From the UHGV virus genome UHGV-1451962: a stretch of 64,000 bases of DNA. One strand, 5' to 3'. The DNA is from a virus. Within the stretch, counting starts at the first letter, position 1. Every line of letters starts with the position of its first letter. Positions 8,453-16,537 of this stretch are shown here, in pieces. The notes beneath the pieces were generated by a model that did not search any database, was not told the DNA's origin, and saw only the letters and a program-made list of their open reading frames with translations. Made by a program: the position numbers and the translations under genes.

Positions 8453-9097
8453 TTATCTATCAAAACCGCTAAAATCCAAGATGATTGGGCGGTCATTTTT
8501 GTAACCAATGTTGGATTCGTGCAGGTCATTGATTCTGTTCTCAATGACAAACTCGCAAAGAGTTTTGCAAAGTCTTTTGCCATAGATAACAAGAGCCATC
8601 TTAGCCCAAAGAGGGTCTAAGTTTCTTGCATAGCGCCCATTAGGTGCCGCTTTCTTGAAACACTTGCCCATAAGCTGCGCTTTCTGGTCACTTGCGGTTT
8701 TGACCTTAGCCTTGTACTTCTTAAAGGTTTGATAGGAACAGCCACAAACCGCAAAGTCAATTTTCTCTTGCTTGATGAAGTTAATCCCATCTATCGTGCA
8801 GAAAAGCTCGGTCTTGGGGAAGAACATGCCCAAACCTGCTTTAACAGCTTTATTGTACATGTCAACCTCTTTAAGAGCTTCGTCATCAGTAAACTCATCA
8901 GGGTCAGAGTATGTCCACTTGATAACAAAGTCGGCTTTGTGAGGGATGAGACAAATTTTGCTGGAACCATAATCTATAGCGGCTTCACTTCCAAGCTTGA
9001 TTTCTCTCATTCTGCTCTGAATTTCCCAATCGGTCATGGAAGGGTCAATCCTTAACTCTTCAAGCCAATGAAGAACAGTCTGTTCCATCTTTGTCAT
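8453..9097 (-). CDS. hypothetical protein
   Basis: strong RBS (complement of 'ctcctccc' 9103-9110) precedes ATG at 9097 (MTKMEQ...); ORF track start 9166 is probably too far upstream. Confidence 0.5.
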   Translation of the reverse strand: MTKMEQTVLHWLEELRIDPSMTDWEIQSRMREIKLGSEAAIDYGSSKICLIPHKADFVIKWTYSDPDEFTDDEALKEVDMYNKAVKAGLGMFFPKTELFCTIDGINFIKQEKIDFAVCGCSYQTFKKYKAKVKTASDQKAQLMGKCFKKAAPNGRYARNLDPLWAKMALVIYGKRLCKTLCEFVIENRINDLHESNIGYKNDRPIILDFSGFDR

Positions 9098-9123
9098 GTT
9101 ATCTCCTCCCTTACTGTGATTAT

Positions 9124-9152
9124 AGTATAACACGGCAGGTCTTATTTGTCTA
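9124..9152 (-). promoter_or_regulatory. promoter (TAGACA-N17-TGtTATACT)
   Basis: read on the minus strand from 9152 down to 9124. Confidence 0.4.
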
Positions 9153-9211
9153 TTGGCGAAATGCACAAATTCGGAATTTTTGTCTGCCTAGTTTTTATGC
9201 ACTTTTGCCCA

Positions 9212-9240
9212 TTGACAAAAGTCGGATTACCTGGTATAAT
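9212..9240 (+). promoter_or_regulatory. near-consensus promoter on the plus strand, opposite to the surrounding genes
   Basis: TTGACA 9212-9217, 17-nt spacer, TGgTATAAT with TATAAT at 9235-9240. Confidence 0.5.
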
Positions 9241-9246
9241 TGAAAT

Positions 9247-9351
9247 GCGGCAGCGCTTGACCATGCGCGGGCCGCCAAACATTTACCATTGAGAAGTATT
9301 GGGCAAAAAAGAAAACCGGCCTATAAAAATAAGCCGGTTTTGTTATTATTT
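9247..9351 (+). ncRNA. candidate small RNA
   Basis: GC-rich hairpin 'gcggcagcgcttgaccatgcgcgggccgcc', no ORF, ends at bidirectional terminator hairpin 9312-9341 (aaaaccggc/gccggtttt) plus T-run. Confidence 0.25.
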
Positions 9352-9708
9352 TCTAGGAGCGCTTAATGTAATTTTGAAACGTCTTTCATTAAAAACTATC
9401 TCAATTTCTCGCTCTGGGTTATTGATGGTAGTTTCAATTTCAAGTTGTTCAAGAGATTCCGCAATAATCTCAATCAAGCGATGTTTGTCATTGTCAACCT
9501 TGCGCTGTCGGGGAGCATTCATAGTATATTTGCCTTTCTCTTTGCCGGATAACCGCATTTTCTTTTCTACTTTCTTTTGTTCATCAGTAAGTGGGAAAAG
9601 GTCTGCACCTTTATCTATTGCTTCATCATCAGCAATAACTGCCAAAGCTTGTTTTCTATCAAGGTCTAACACCTTCTGAAGATGTTTAACCCTAGCTTCA
9701 TCTATCAT
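9346..9708 (-). CDS. hypothetical basic protein, paralog of 5198..5587
   Basis: 120-aa ORF; see paralog motifs. Confidence 0.5.
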   Translation of the reverse strand: MIDEARVKHLQKVLDLDRKQALAVIADDEAIDKGADLFPLTDEQKKVEKKMRLSGKEKGKYTMNAPRQRKVDNDKHRLIEIIAESLEQLEIETTINNPEREIEIVFNERRFKITLSAPRK

Positions 9709-9732
9709 TAAACACCATCCTTTTTGAGAAAA

Positions 9733-9757
9733 TAAAGAGGGGCATTAAGCCCCTCTT
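9733..9757 (-). terminator. intergenic hairpin between 9768..10124 and 9346..9708
   Basis: stem aaagaggggc/gcccctcttt with 5-nt loop. Confidence 0.4.
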
Positions 9758-9767
9758 TATTTAATTA

Positions 9768-10124
9768 TTACACCATAGTGTAGTATGCCTTGCCCTTGTT
9801 GGTGTCACGAGTGGCTCGGCCAGTTTCAACCAGCTTCTTGAGCATGGGGCCAACCTTCTGAGGGGTAAAACCGTTCAGCTCAGGAATGGTCTTGGTAATG
9901 TCGGAAATGGTGAAAGCTTCGCCCTTGGGCAGAGTGTCAGCAATCACTTCAATCAGACGTGCGTTCTCAGTCTGAGTTGCAGTAGGCTTACCGCTACCAC
10001 GGCTCTTATTCTCCTGCTGATGAAGCAGAATCTCAATCTTGGCACGAACATCGGCAGGAATCTCGCAGTTGTCCAGAACATACTGAAGAGCGCCCTTGTT
10101 AGTAATCTTCTTCTCGTTAGTCAT
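9768..10124 (-). CDS. hypothetical protein, paralog of 5612..6034
   Basis: 118-aa ORF; see paralog motifs. Confidence 0.5.
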   Translation of the reverse strand: MTNEKKITNKGALQYVLDNCEIPADVRAKIEILLHQQENKSRGSGKPTATQTENARLIEVIADTLPKGEAFTISDITKTIPELNGFTPQKVGPMLKKLVETGRATRDTNKGKAYYTMV

Positions 10125-10233
10125 AATATCAATTCCTTTCTGTGCGGTAGGTCGCTACCCTAATTGTTAAGGAAGTGGGGAGGGTTTTCTCTCCCTCACT
10201 TCTCTTATATTATATCATTTTCCTTTTGTTTTG

Positions 10234-10941
10234 TCAAGCGGTTTTTTGATTTTCAAAAAGTTTTTTCCGCATTTTCTTCTTTTGCCGATAGCAGTAAATC
10301 ATAATCTCCCGCTCAATCCGCACATCGTCAAGACCTTTATGTTCTTCCTGAAAAGTGGGGTCTTTGATGATGAATCTATACAGATTTTCTGCTGTTGCTG
10401 AGAGTTTACCAGTTTTGGTTAAGAAACCGTGTTGTTCACAGAACCTTTTATAGGTAGGCATCTTTAGAATAACATCTCTTGCCATTTTGAGAGTATCCCA
10501 AATATCGGTACCATAGGGGAACCAATACCGATATTTACTCTTAGTAGTCCAGCGTTGAAGTAAATTCAATGCGTTCAGGTCGAATCTTGCATTGTGGGCG
10601 ACTACCTCTGTAATACCATATTCTGCCATGTCTGCAAGCATAGCTTGTCGAATCTGGTAAGTGTTAGCTATTTGTCGGATGCCCTGTCGAATATCTTCCA
10701 GATACTGGGGAATCTTTTCCGCATAATAGGCGGATTTCATAAGCTCACTTTCATCAAAGAAAATATCTCGATTAACAAAGGATTGTTCCTTGTAGATATT
10801 CCCTCTTGTATCCATAACACACCACCCGCAATCATAGACAAGAACTGAGGTCATGTCTAATCGGCCTTTTTGGTCAGTGATGGTGTTCGCTGTCTCAGTG
10901 TCCAGAAGCAGAACGTAATGTCTGCGCTTGTCAATGCTCAT
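10234..10941 (-). CDS. DnaQ-like (DEDDh) 3'-5' exonuclease
   Basis: Exo I motif 'LLLDTETAN' and Exo III motif 'VVAHNARFDLNAL'. Confidence 0.65.
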   Translation of the reverse strand: MSIDKRRHYVLLLDTETANTITDQKGRLDMTSVLVYDCGWCVMDTRGNIYKEQSFVNRDIFFDESELMKSAYYAEKIPQYLEDIRQGIRQIANTYQIRQAMLADMAEYGITEVVAHNARFDLNALNLLQRWTTKSKYRYWFPYGTDIWDTLKMARDVILKMPTYKRFCEQHGFLTKTGKLSATAENLYRFIIKDPTFQEEHKGLDDVRIEREIMIYCYRQKKKMRKKLFENQKTA

Positions 10942-10974
10942 GTTGCATCTACCTCTTCCTTAATTTCTGTACTT

Positions 10975-11003
10975 ATTATATCAGATTTTTTCTCATTTGT
11001 CAA
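10975..11003 (-). promoter_or_regulatory. sigma-A-type promoter with extended -10 (TTGACA-N17-TGaTATAAT)
   Basis: -35 is complement of 'tgtcaa' 10998-11003; -10 is complement of 'attata' 10975-10980; RBS complement of 'cctcttcc' 10953-10960. Confidence 0.6.
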
Positions 11004-11022
11004 GAACTTTTTGGCTCCCTGC

Positions 11023-11478
11023 TTAAAGCAGGGAAGCCAAGAAATCAATGATGTCACAAGTTTCAGGATTGACAGTTTCTCCCAAATGCCAACTGTCACG
11101 AACTTTCTTATTATCATCAATAAGAATTGCCTTAGATGCTTTTCTACGAACAGCATCCGCTTTAGTGGCTCCATACTTTAGACCATGAAAGTGGTCATAG
11201 GGGAAACCCCATTTCAAGAGCCAAGCCTTTTTAGCTTCTCGCACAGCCTTTGCATACTCAGGGCTGCTTTCTTTAGAAAGCCAAGTGATGATTGCAATCT
11301 CCCAACCAGCCTGTTTTAACTTGTTAATAAGCTCGTTAAGCTTATCCACGTCCCACATGGGTTTAGCTTCCAGGTAAGGGCTTGTATCTTCCTTCCGCAG
11401 CTTAGACAGCCAACCATTAACCCCATACAGGTCAGCAATAGTGCCGTCCATATCAAAAGCCAACATTTTGTCAGTCAT
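11023..11478 (-). CDS. HAD-superfamily phosphatase / nucleotidase-like protein
   Basis: HAD motif I 'FDMDGTIAD' near the N-terminus; start taken at the MTDK ATG (an in-frame TTG at ~11487 is also possible); ORF track start 11586 runs through the promoter. Confidence 0.55.
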   Translation of the reverse strand: MTDKMLAFDMDGTIADLYGVNGWLSKLRKEDTSPYLEAKPMWDVDKLNELINKLKQAGWEIAIITWLSKESSPEYAKAVREAKKAWLLKWGFPYDHFHGLKYGATKADAVRRKASKAILIDDNKKVRDSWHLGETVNPETCDIIDFLASLL

Positions 11479-11536
11479 AAGTGTCAACTTCTTTCCTTTA
11501 TTTCTATGGTAATTATACCACGGTAAGGCCCAAATG

Positions 11537-11722
11537 TCAAGCCTTAATTTCTTCAATGTCAAGAAGAATTTCACCAGTAGAATCATCTACCAAGTAATAC
11601 ATTGTAGTAGCATACTGAGCTAACCTATGAAAGAAATCCTCTGCCAATGAAAAGGAATCAAAAGGCCCGATAATTTCTTCATCGCCAACATGATAGATAG
11701 AATAAGTCTGCTTCATATGCAA
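11537..11722 (-). CDS. hypothetical protein
   Basis: 61-aa ORF. Confidence 0.3.
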   Translation of the reverse strand: MHMKQTYSIYHVGDEEIIGPFDSFSLAEDFFHRLAQYATTMYYLVDDSTGEILLDIEEIKA

Positions 11723-11731
11723 TACCTCCTA

Positions 11732-11889
11732 TCAAAAGATATGAATGAGAGTTTCATTCCCATTCTCTTCCAGATGACACTCATAGACAGAGCCTTTCTT
11801 GCGGGTTGCGTTCCGCATTGCGATACCCTTGTTATCAAAGTGTATCTGCCAACCATTGGGGAAAACTACCAGCCAGTCACGGTATTCGG
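11732..11889 (-). CDS. hypothetical small protein
   Basis: RBS (complement of 'ggcctccttttg') precedes 'MTEYRDW...'; the longer ORF-track version (to 12124) crosses promoter sequence. Confidence 0.35.
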
Positions 11890-12049
11890 TCATACTTTTG
11901 GCCTCCTTTTGTTTTCTGTAATTATTATAACAAAAATTTTTAAGAAATTCAATAATCAATTTTGATGATGTTTTGTCGCTATACTTTTTATAAACAAATG
12001 CCATTTCGGGATGAATACTTCCGGGTAAAATCACCAAACTTTCCTCTAA

Positions 12050-12115
12050 ATTTTTGTGCAATTTGCGCATTGACAGAATTTCGGCGCACACTGGGAGGTC
12101 ATGGTCGTGTGCGCG
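12050..12115 (+). other. third copy of the GC-rich hairpin element (cf. 6405-6440, 9247-9280)
   Basis: 'gaatttcggcgcacac...gtgtgcgcgccgccgc' shares the 'aatttcggcgc...gcgcc' core with the 6400 element. Confidence 0.3.
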
Positions 12116-12185
12116 CCGCCGCAATTATTATACCATACTTTTGCTTTGTTGTCAATAGATAAATTGAACAAAAAATTTTTATTTA

Positions 12186-12203
12186 TTTTTTTTTTTTTTT
12201 TTT
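12186..12203. repeat. 18-nt homopolymer T tract
   Basis: uninterrupted run of 18 T on the plus strand. Confidence 0.9.
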
Positions 12204-12250
12204 ACTGCTAGAAGCCTAGAAGTTTCATCATATAAGCATATAGCAAAAAT

Positions 12251-12273
12251 AAAAAGGGCCGCAAGGCCCTTTT
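12251..12273. terminator. bidirectional rho-independent terminator
   Basis: 'aaaaagggccgcaaggcccttttt': GC stem gggcc/ggccc, loop gcaa, flanked by A-run and T-run. Confidence 0.6.
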
Positions 12274-12570
12274 CACTTCCAAGTTTTTTCAAGTGGATTT
12301 TTGTTTATTTTACCGGAACCTTAATGGCCCACAAGCTTTCTAAACAGTCAAGCCCTATGTAAGACTCGCTCGCTTTTTCAAAAAGCTTTTTCTCCACTTC
12401 CTCCAAAGTCATGCAGAGATATTCTTCAAAGAAGTCAGGAGAAGCGTCTTTCTGTATCCTCGCAATCATCTCTTTTATTGTTGTTGCTTTGTCATAGGCT
12501 CATTACCATACTGGTCAGAAACTATAATGACGTAAGCATCTTTCTTTATAATAATCAACTCCTTTTCTTT

Positions 12571-12903
12571 TTACCACATGTCAACGTAGTGCTGTTTGTC
12601 ATTGGGATACTTGTGCTTAACAAGCGTGGCACATTCCTCATCATCGGTCGCAAGTCTGAGTTTGCTATCCACCAGAGCCACCAGCTCAGGAGCAGCTTCC
12701 TTGTAAAGAACTTCCAGCAGTTCTTTCAGAGCGCCTTTACCATAATAGCGGTAGTCCTCAGCAGTAATCTTCCAGACCATGATTTTCTCAGGGTCATAAC
12801 CGCAGTTGGGATAGTAGAGAGTCAAGTCTCCATCGTGAAGCACATAAGCGCTTTCATAGTAGGTTGCGGTGTACTGACTGTCGAATAGTTCCTTGTTAGT
12901 CAT
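12571..12903 (-). CDS. hypothetical protein
   Basis: 110-aa ORF with promoter/RBS cassette upstream. Confidence 0.55.
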   Translation of the reverse strand: MTNKELFDSQYTATYYESAYVLHDGDLTLYYPNCGYDPEKIMVWKITAEDYRYYGKGALKELLEVLYKEAAPELVALVDSKLRLATDDEECATLVKHKYPNDKQHYVDMW

Positions 12904-12934
12904 CTTTTGTTTCCCCTTTTTTTATCTTGATTAT

Positions 12935-12963
12935 ATAATACCATAATTTTGAGAAAACGTCAA
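12935..12963 (-). promoter_or_regulatory. promoter (TTGACG-N17-TATTAT)
   Basis: almost identical to the promoter upstream of 3652..4242 ('ttttcYcaaaattatgKtattatataatca'). Confidence 0.5.
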
Positions 12964-13054
12964 TAAGTAAAAATGCACAAATTAAGAATAAAAATTTGTA
13001 CAATACAAACAAAAGAAAAAGGAAGGCCGCAAAACCTTCCTTTTTCACTGCTGT

Positions 13055-13420
13055 TTAGAACAAATCTTGAAGCTGTTGAATAGCTTCATCAATATTGCAC
13101 CAGTTACCAGTGTGTTCATTGAGCACCAAGAGGGCTTCTTCTCCCGGAGTAAGAGAAGGAATTTTACAGTTGAAGCTAATGAAATAGCGCTTGAGCAATT
13201 CAACGGCTTCTTTATTACCATCGCACAAGATAGCAATAATAGGTGCAGGATTAGCTTTAAGGTTGAGCTTGACTTCGCCGAGCTTATCATACAGCTTGAA
13301 GCTATCCTCGCAACGCTTCGCCATTTCTTCCATCTCATGCAAGTTGCAGCTGTCATAGTCCTCAAAAACCTCACCGCAATACTCACAGAAGTAGACTGTC
13401 TTTTTCAACATAAAAATCAT
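13055..13420 (-). CDS. hypothetical Cys-containing (zinc-binding-like) protein
   Basis: 'CEYCGEVFEDYDSCNLHE' near the N-terminus. Confidence 0.45.
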   Translation of the reverse strand: MIFMLKKTVYFCEYCGEVFEDYDSCNLHEMEEMAKRCEDSFKLYDKLGEVKLNLKANPAPIIAILCDGNKEAVELLKRYFISFNCKIPSLTPGEEALLVLNEHTGNWCNIDEAIQQLQDLF

Positions 13421-13477
13421 CCTTTCTTTTATTATGGTCTTATTATACCACAGACTAAGCTTCTTGTCAAGACTTTT

Positions 13478-13650
13478 TTACAAACATTCAACCACTTCCC
13501 AAATCTGCTGATACTCTTCATAAGAGTTGGCGAAATCATTCTTACTGGCTTCATCGCGGCCCTCTTCTTTAATCCATTCCTTCCACTTGTCAAGGATCGC
13601 CTTGTTAGCTTTGTCCATCTTAACACCAATGATCTTCTTGATGTTCTTCA
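13478..13650 (-). CDS. hypothetical small protein
   Basis: RBS (complement of 'cccctttcctttt') precedes ATG of 'MKNIKKIIG...'; ORF track start 13726 overlaps the promoter. Confidence 0.4.
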
Positions 13651-13893
13651 TTTGTTTTATCCCCTTTCCTTTTGTAATTATATAATAACACACTTGCCGC
13701 AATAGGTCAATAGGCATACTGCACAATTCGGGATCCCAATTCTCTCTCTAAATTTAGCTATTTTGACTATTGATTTTGAGCAGACTTTGTGGTATACTGA
13801 TTCGGAAAGTTGCCTTGTAAAACGAAGACATTCGTTTATAACAAGTATGTTAAACAAAAGGAAAGAGATAAGCTAAGCTTACCTCTTCTCCTA

Positions 13894-14109
13894 TCATACT
13901 ACTTCATACTCATCATACTTCTTAGCCAAGACTAATACTTCCTGATATATCTTCTTTGGTATAATGTAAGCCCTCCAACGCAGGTCGCCATTAGGTTTGA
14001 AAGAAGTCTTTCTCCAACCAAAGAAGCATCTCCATAGAAAGCTTTTGCCCTCACAATACATTTCAATAAAATCTATCATACATTCATTGTCTATCCAGTA
14101 TTTTTTCAT
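13894..14109 (-). CDS. hypothetical protein
   Basis: 71-aa ORF. Confidence 0.35.
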   Translation of the reverse strand: MKKYWIDNECMIDFIEMYCEGKSFLWRCFFGWRKTSFKPNGDLRWRAYIIPKKIYQEVLVLAKKYDEYEVV

Positions 14110-14309
14110 ACTTCTCCAACCTCTCTTTTATTTTTAACCTTACAAAGTTCAATCTTGATTGCCTGACCATCAGGAAAGACTAAGCACTTGCGCAAACCAG
14201 AAGGAAAGCGAAACCATTGAACTTTAGCCCACTGCCAACTTTCTCCCTGGTAGTTGTTTCGCCATGTCTTAACAGGTGAGCAAGCATAGAACTCAAAAGT
14301 CTTTTTCAT
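14106..14309 (-). CDS. hypothetical protein
   Basis: 67-aa ORF overlapping the next gene start by 4 nt (coupled arrangement). Confidence 0.35.
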   Translation of the reverse strand: MKKTFEFYACSPVKTWRNNYQGESWQWAKVQWFRFPSGLRKCLVFPDGQAIKIELCKVKNKREVGEV

Positions 14310-14415
14310 TTGATCTTTCCTCCTTTTACTATCTATAGTATACCATACCTTAACCAGAATGTCAATACCTTTTTCATTTATTTATTTATAAAATAAAAAA
14401 GAAAAATGGTTCTGC

Positions 14416-14763
14416 TCATTTAAGAGCAGAACCATTCCAGAAGCCAAGAATCATGTCATCATAGACAAAACCTGGTGTAGCATTGTCATCAATAGCAATG
14501 AGAACGTCCTCACCTTTCACAAGGCCATCATCATCAATGGCGTACAGGTTGCCATCACGCATGTCTTTCAATGTCACACATCCATCATCATGAGTTGCAG
14601 TAACAGTAGCGCGAACCAGACGAACAGTATTCATACCATAGTGGATGCTGTTTGTTGCACAGTATCTGGCATTTTCAGCAGGAGTGCTAAGAGCGCAAGC
14701 AGAAGTAGTGAGAGCAGAGATAACGATTGCCAGAACAGCGATGATAGAGAAGAACTTTTTCAT
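14416..14763 (-). CDS. secreted protein / possible lipoprotein
   Basis: N-terminal signal peptide 'MKKFFSIIAVLAIVISALTTSACA' with a lipobox-like L-T-T-S-A-C. Confidence 0.5.
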   Translation of the reverse strand: MKKFFSIIAVLAIVISALTTSACALSTPAENARYCATNSIHYGMNTVRLVRATVTATHDDGCVTLKDMRDGNLYAIDDDGLVKGEDVLIAIDDNATPGFVYDDMILGFWNGSALK

Positions 14764-15104
14764 AGGTCATTGACCCCTTTCCTTAATTTCTGTATTTATT
14801 ATACCATCAAGACAGCCTTTTGTCTATTGACACATTGAACAAAAGAAAAAGAAATTAAAAGTTCTTCTTTGTGCATTTTGCTGAAGAATAATTTTGTTTA
14901 ATTCGCCTATTGACAAGACCATTTTTCTTTTGATTAATGAATAGTTGTTTACAGAAGATACTGTTTGATGGGGCCTTTGTGGGGTTAATGGATATTTACC
15001 AATGAAAGATAGTTTAATGGTTTGGCGTACTCCGGGGTAGTTTTCGGGAAAAAAATTATATTTGTTATTAAAAACCATTTGGCCTGGACACTTCTCTCTC
15101 TAAG

Positions 15105-15240
15105 TCAATTTTAAATTTAAAAAACGAATTTTTCTAAATCAATTTCAAATTTAAAAAACGACTTTCCATAAACTATTTTCAAATTTAAAAAACGAATTTT
15201 TCTAAATCAATTTTAAATTTAAAAAACGAATTTTTTAAAA
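15105..15240. repeat. 4 tandem copies of a ~34-bp repeat
   Basis: 'tcaattttaaatttaaaaaacgaatttttctaaa' at 15105-15138, 15139-15172 (variant), 15173-15206, 15207-15240. Confidence 0.85.
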
Positions 15241-15533
15241 TATATTTTTTTAGAATCAATATAATTATGAAATTTTTTATATTCTTCATAATTTTGAAAA
15301 ATATATATAGTTTTTGTTTTATAATTATAAATAAAATATTCTTTAAAAATAATATTTTTTAATGCTTTCGCCTCAATTTTATAATTACATTTGAATTCTT
15401 TTACTAATTTATTATATTTATATTTAGTAAATAATCCATTTACTAAATATTTATCTGTTTCAATTACTAAATAACTAAGTATAAGAGTTATCACAGAAAT
15501 AAATAATATTAGTACCACAAACTCCAAATACAT
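15219..15533 (-). CDS. hypothetical membrane protein
   Basis: N-terminal hydrophobic helix 'LEFVVLILFISVITLILSYLVI'. Confidence 0.4.
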   Translation of the reverse strand: MYLEFVVLILFISVITLILSYLVIETDKYLVNGLFTKYKYNKLVKEFKCNYKIEAKALKNIIFKEYFIYNYKTKTIYIFQNYEEYKKFHNYIDSKKIYFKKFVF

Positions 15534-15868
15534 TCCTTCAAAACATCAAATAAATCATTTTTTGCCGCATCTCTTTTAGCAAAATTTTCATATTCCCAAG
15601 TGTCAAGAATAATTTTACAATCTTCAATCATTCTAAAAATACACTCTTTTTCATTCAGCTTTTCGCCATTAATATTATATTTATGCTCTGTTAAATCAAT
15701 ATTAACATTAGCCTCATCATAATAGGCTTGTAAATGTTCATAAAGCCAAGCAATTAAAGAAGTATCCAAATTAAAACAATCTCTTTGGTCTAATCCCGCA
15801 TAAGTTTTTTCCGCATAAGGAAAAGGAATTTCTTTAAGATTTTTAAAATATTTATTATCCCTCATCAA
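15509..15868 (-). CDS. hypothetical protein
   Basis: 119-aa ORF. Confidence 0.4.
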   Translation of the reverse strand: MMRDNKYFKNLKEIPFPYAEKTYAGLDQRDCFNLDTSLIAWLYEHLQAYYDEANVNIDLTEHKYNINGEKLNEKECIFRMIEDCKIILDTWEYENFAKRDAAKNDLFDVLKECIWSLWY

Positions 15869-16535
15869 AACTCCCCTTTTCTATCCAAATTACATTATCT
15901 CTTTTACAAAAACAATCATTTACTTTAAAACGAATGTCTCCAGGATAAATATGACAATATCCATTGGGCCTTTTTTCTATTGCAATCGTATAATTTTTTC
16001 CTAAAAATTTTTCTATTTCTGAAATATTATTACCATCATATAAAATAGTTTCAACTACAAAAATATCTTTTCCTTCCTGAATAATATTTAAAATAACTTC
16101 TTCTAATTTTACATTTTTATTAATAGCAATAATATTTTCTTTATTTGTTGTTTCTTCAATATCTCTAATCCAATTTTCCGCAATCAAAGAAACAAAAGAA
16201 TCAGAATTAACGCCGTTTTCCCTTCTGCGGATTCTATCTAAATAAAAATCTTTGCCAAAACTTTCCAAATTGGGGTACACAACATAGTAGTTAATTCCTG
16301 CGGCTTTAAGGGCATCCCGCGCTTCTTTATGCGAACTTGTTAAAACAACACTATTTTCATTGTCTATTGATTTAATATAGTTTGCGGGAAAATCTGGGTT
16401 GCGACCTTTGGAGTGGTCATTTTTATCAATCCATGAAAAATTTGAACTATCTGAATCATAAATTTTTATATTTGAATAAATCCAATTTTGAACTGTAAAA
16501 GTTTTTCCTATTCCTGGAAAACCACATATTACCAT
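15855..16535 (-). CDS. P-loop NTPase / kinase-like protein
   Basis: Walker A 'GFPGIGKTF' at the N-terminus. Confidence 0.55.
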   Translation of the reverse strand: MVICGFPGIGKTFTVQNWIYSNIKIYDSDSSNFSWIDKNDHSKGRNPDFPANYIKSIDNENSVVLTSSHKEARDALKAAGINYYVVYPNLESFGKDFYLDRIRRRENGVNSDSFVSLIAENWIRDIEETTNKENIIAINKNVKLEEVILNIIQEGKDIFVVETILYDGNNISEIEKFLGKNYTIAIEKRPNGYCHIYPGDIRFKVNDCFCKRDNVIWIEKGSFDEG

Positions 16536-16537
16536 TT

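Noticed and set aside
13045-13705. Overlapping ORFs 13045..13386 (-) and 13067..13705 (+) around the 13055..13420 gene
   Set aside because: Alternative-frame or antisense ORFs with low-complexity, leucine/serine-rich translations and no translation signals; the 13055..13420 frame is the one with a promoter cassette.
15105-15240. Possible CRISPR array suggested by regular ~34-bp repeats
   Set aside because: The units are directly adjacent with no unique spacers between them, and there are no cas genes; this is a tandem repeat, not a CRISPR array.
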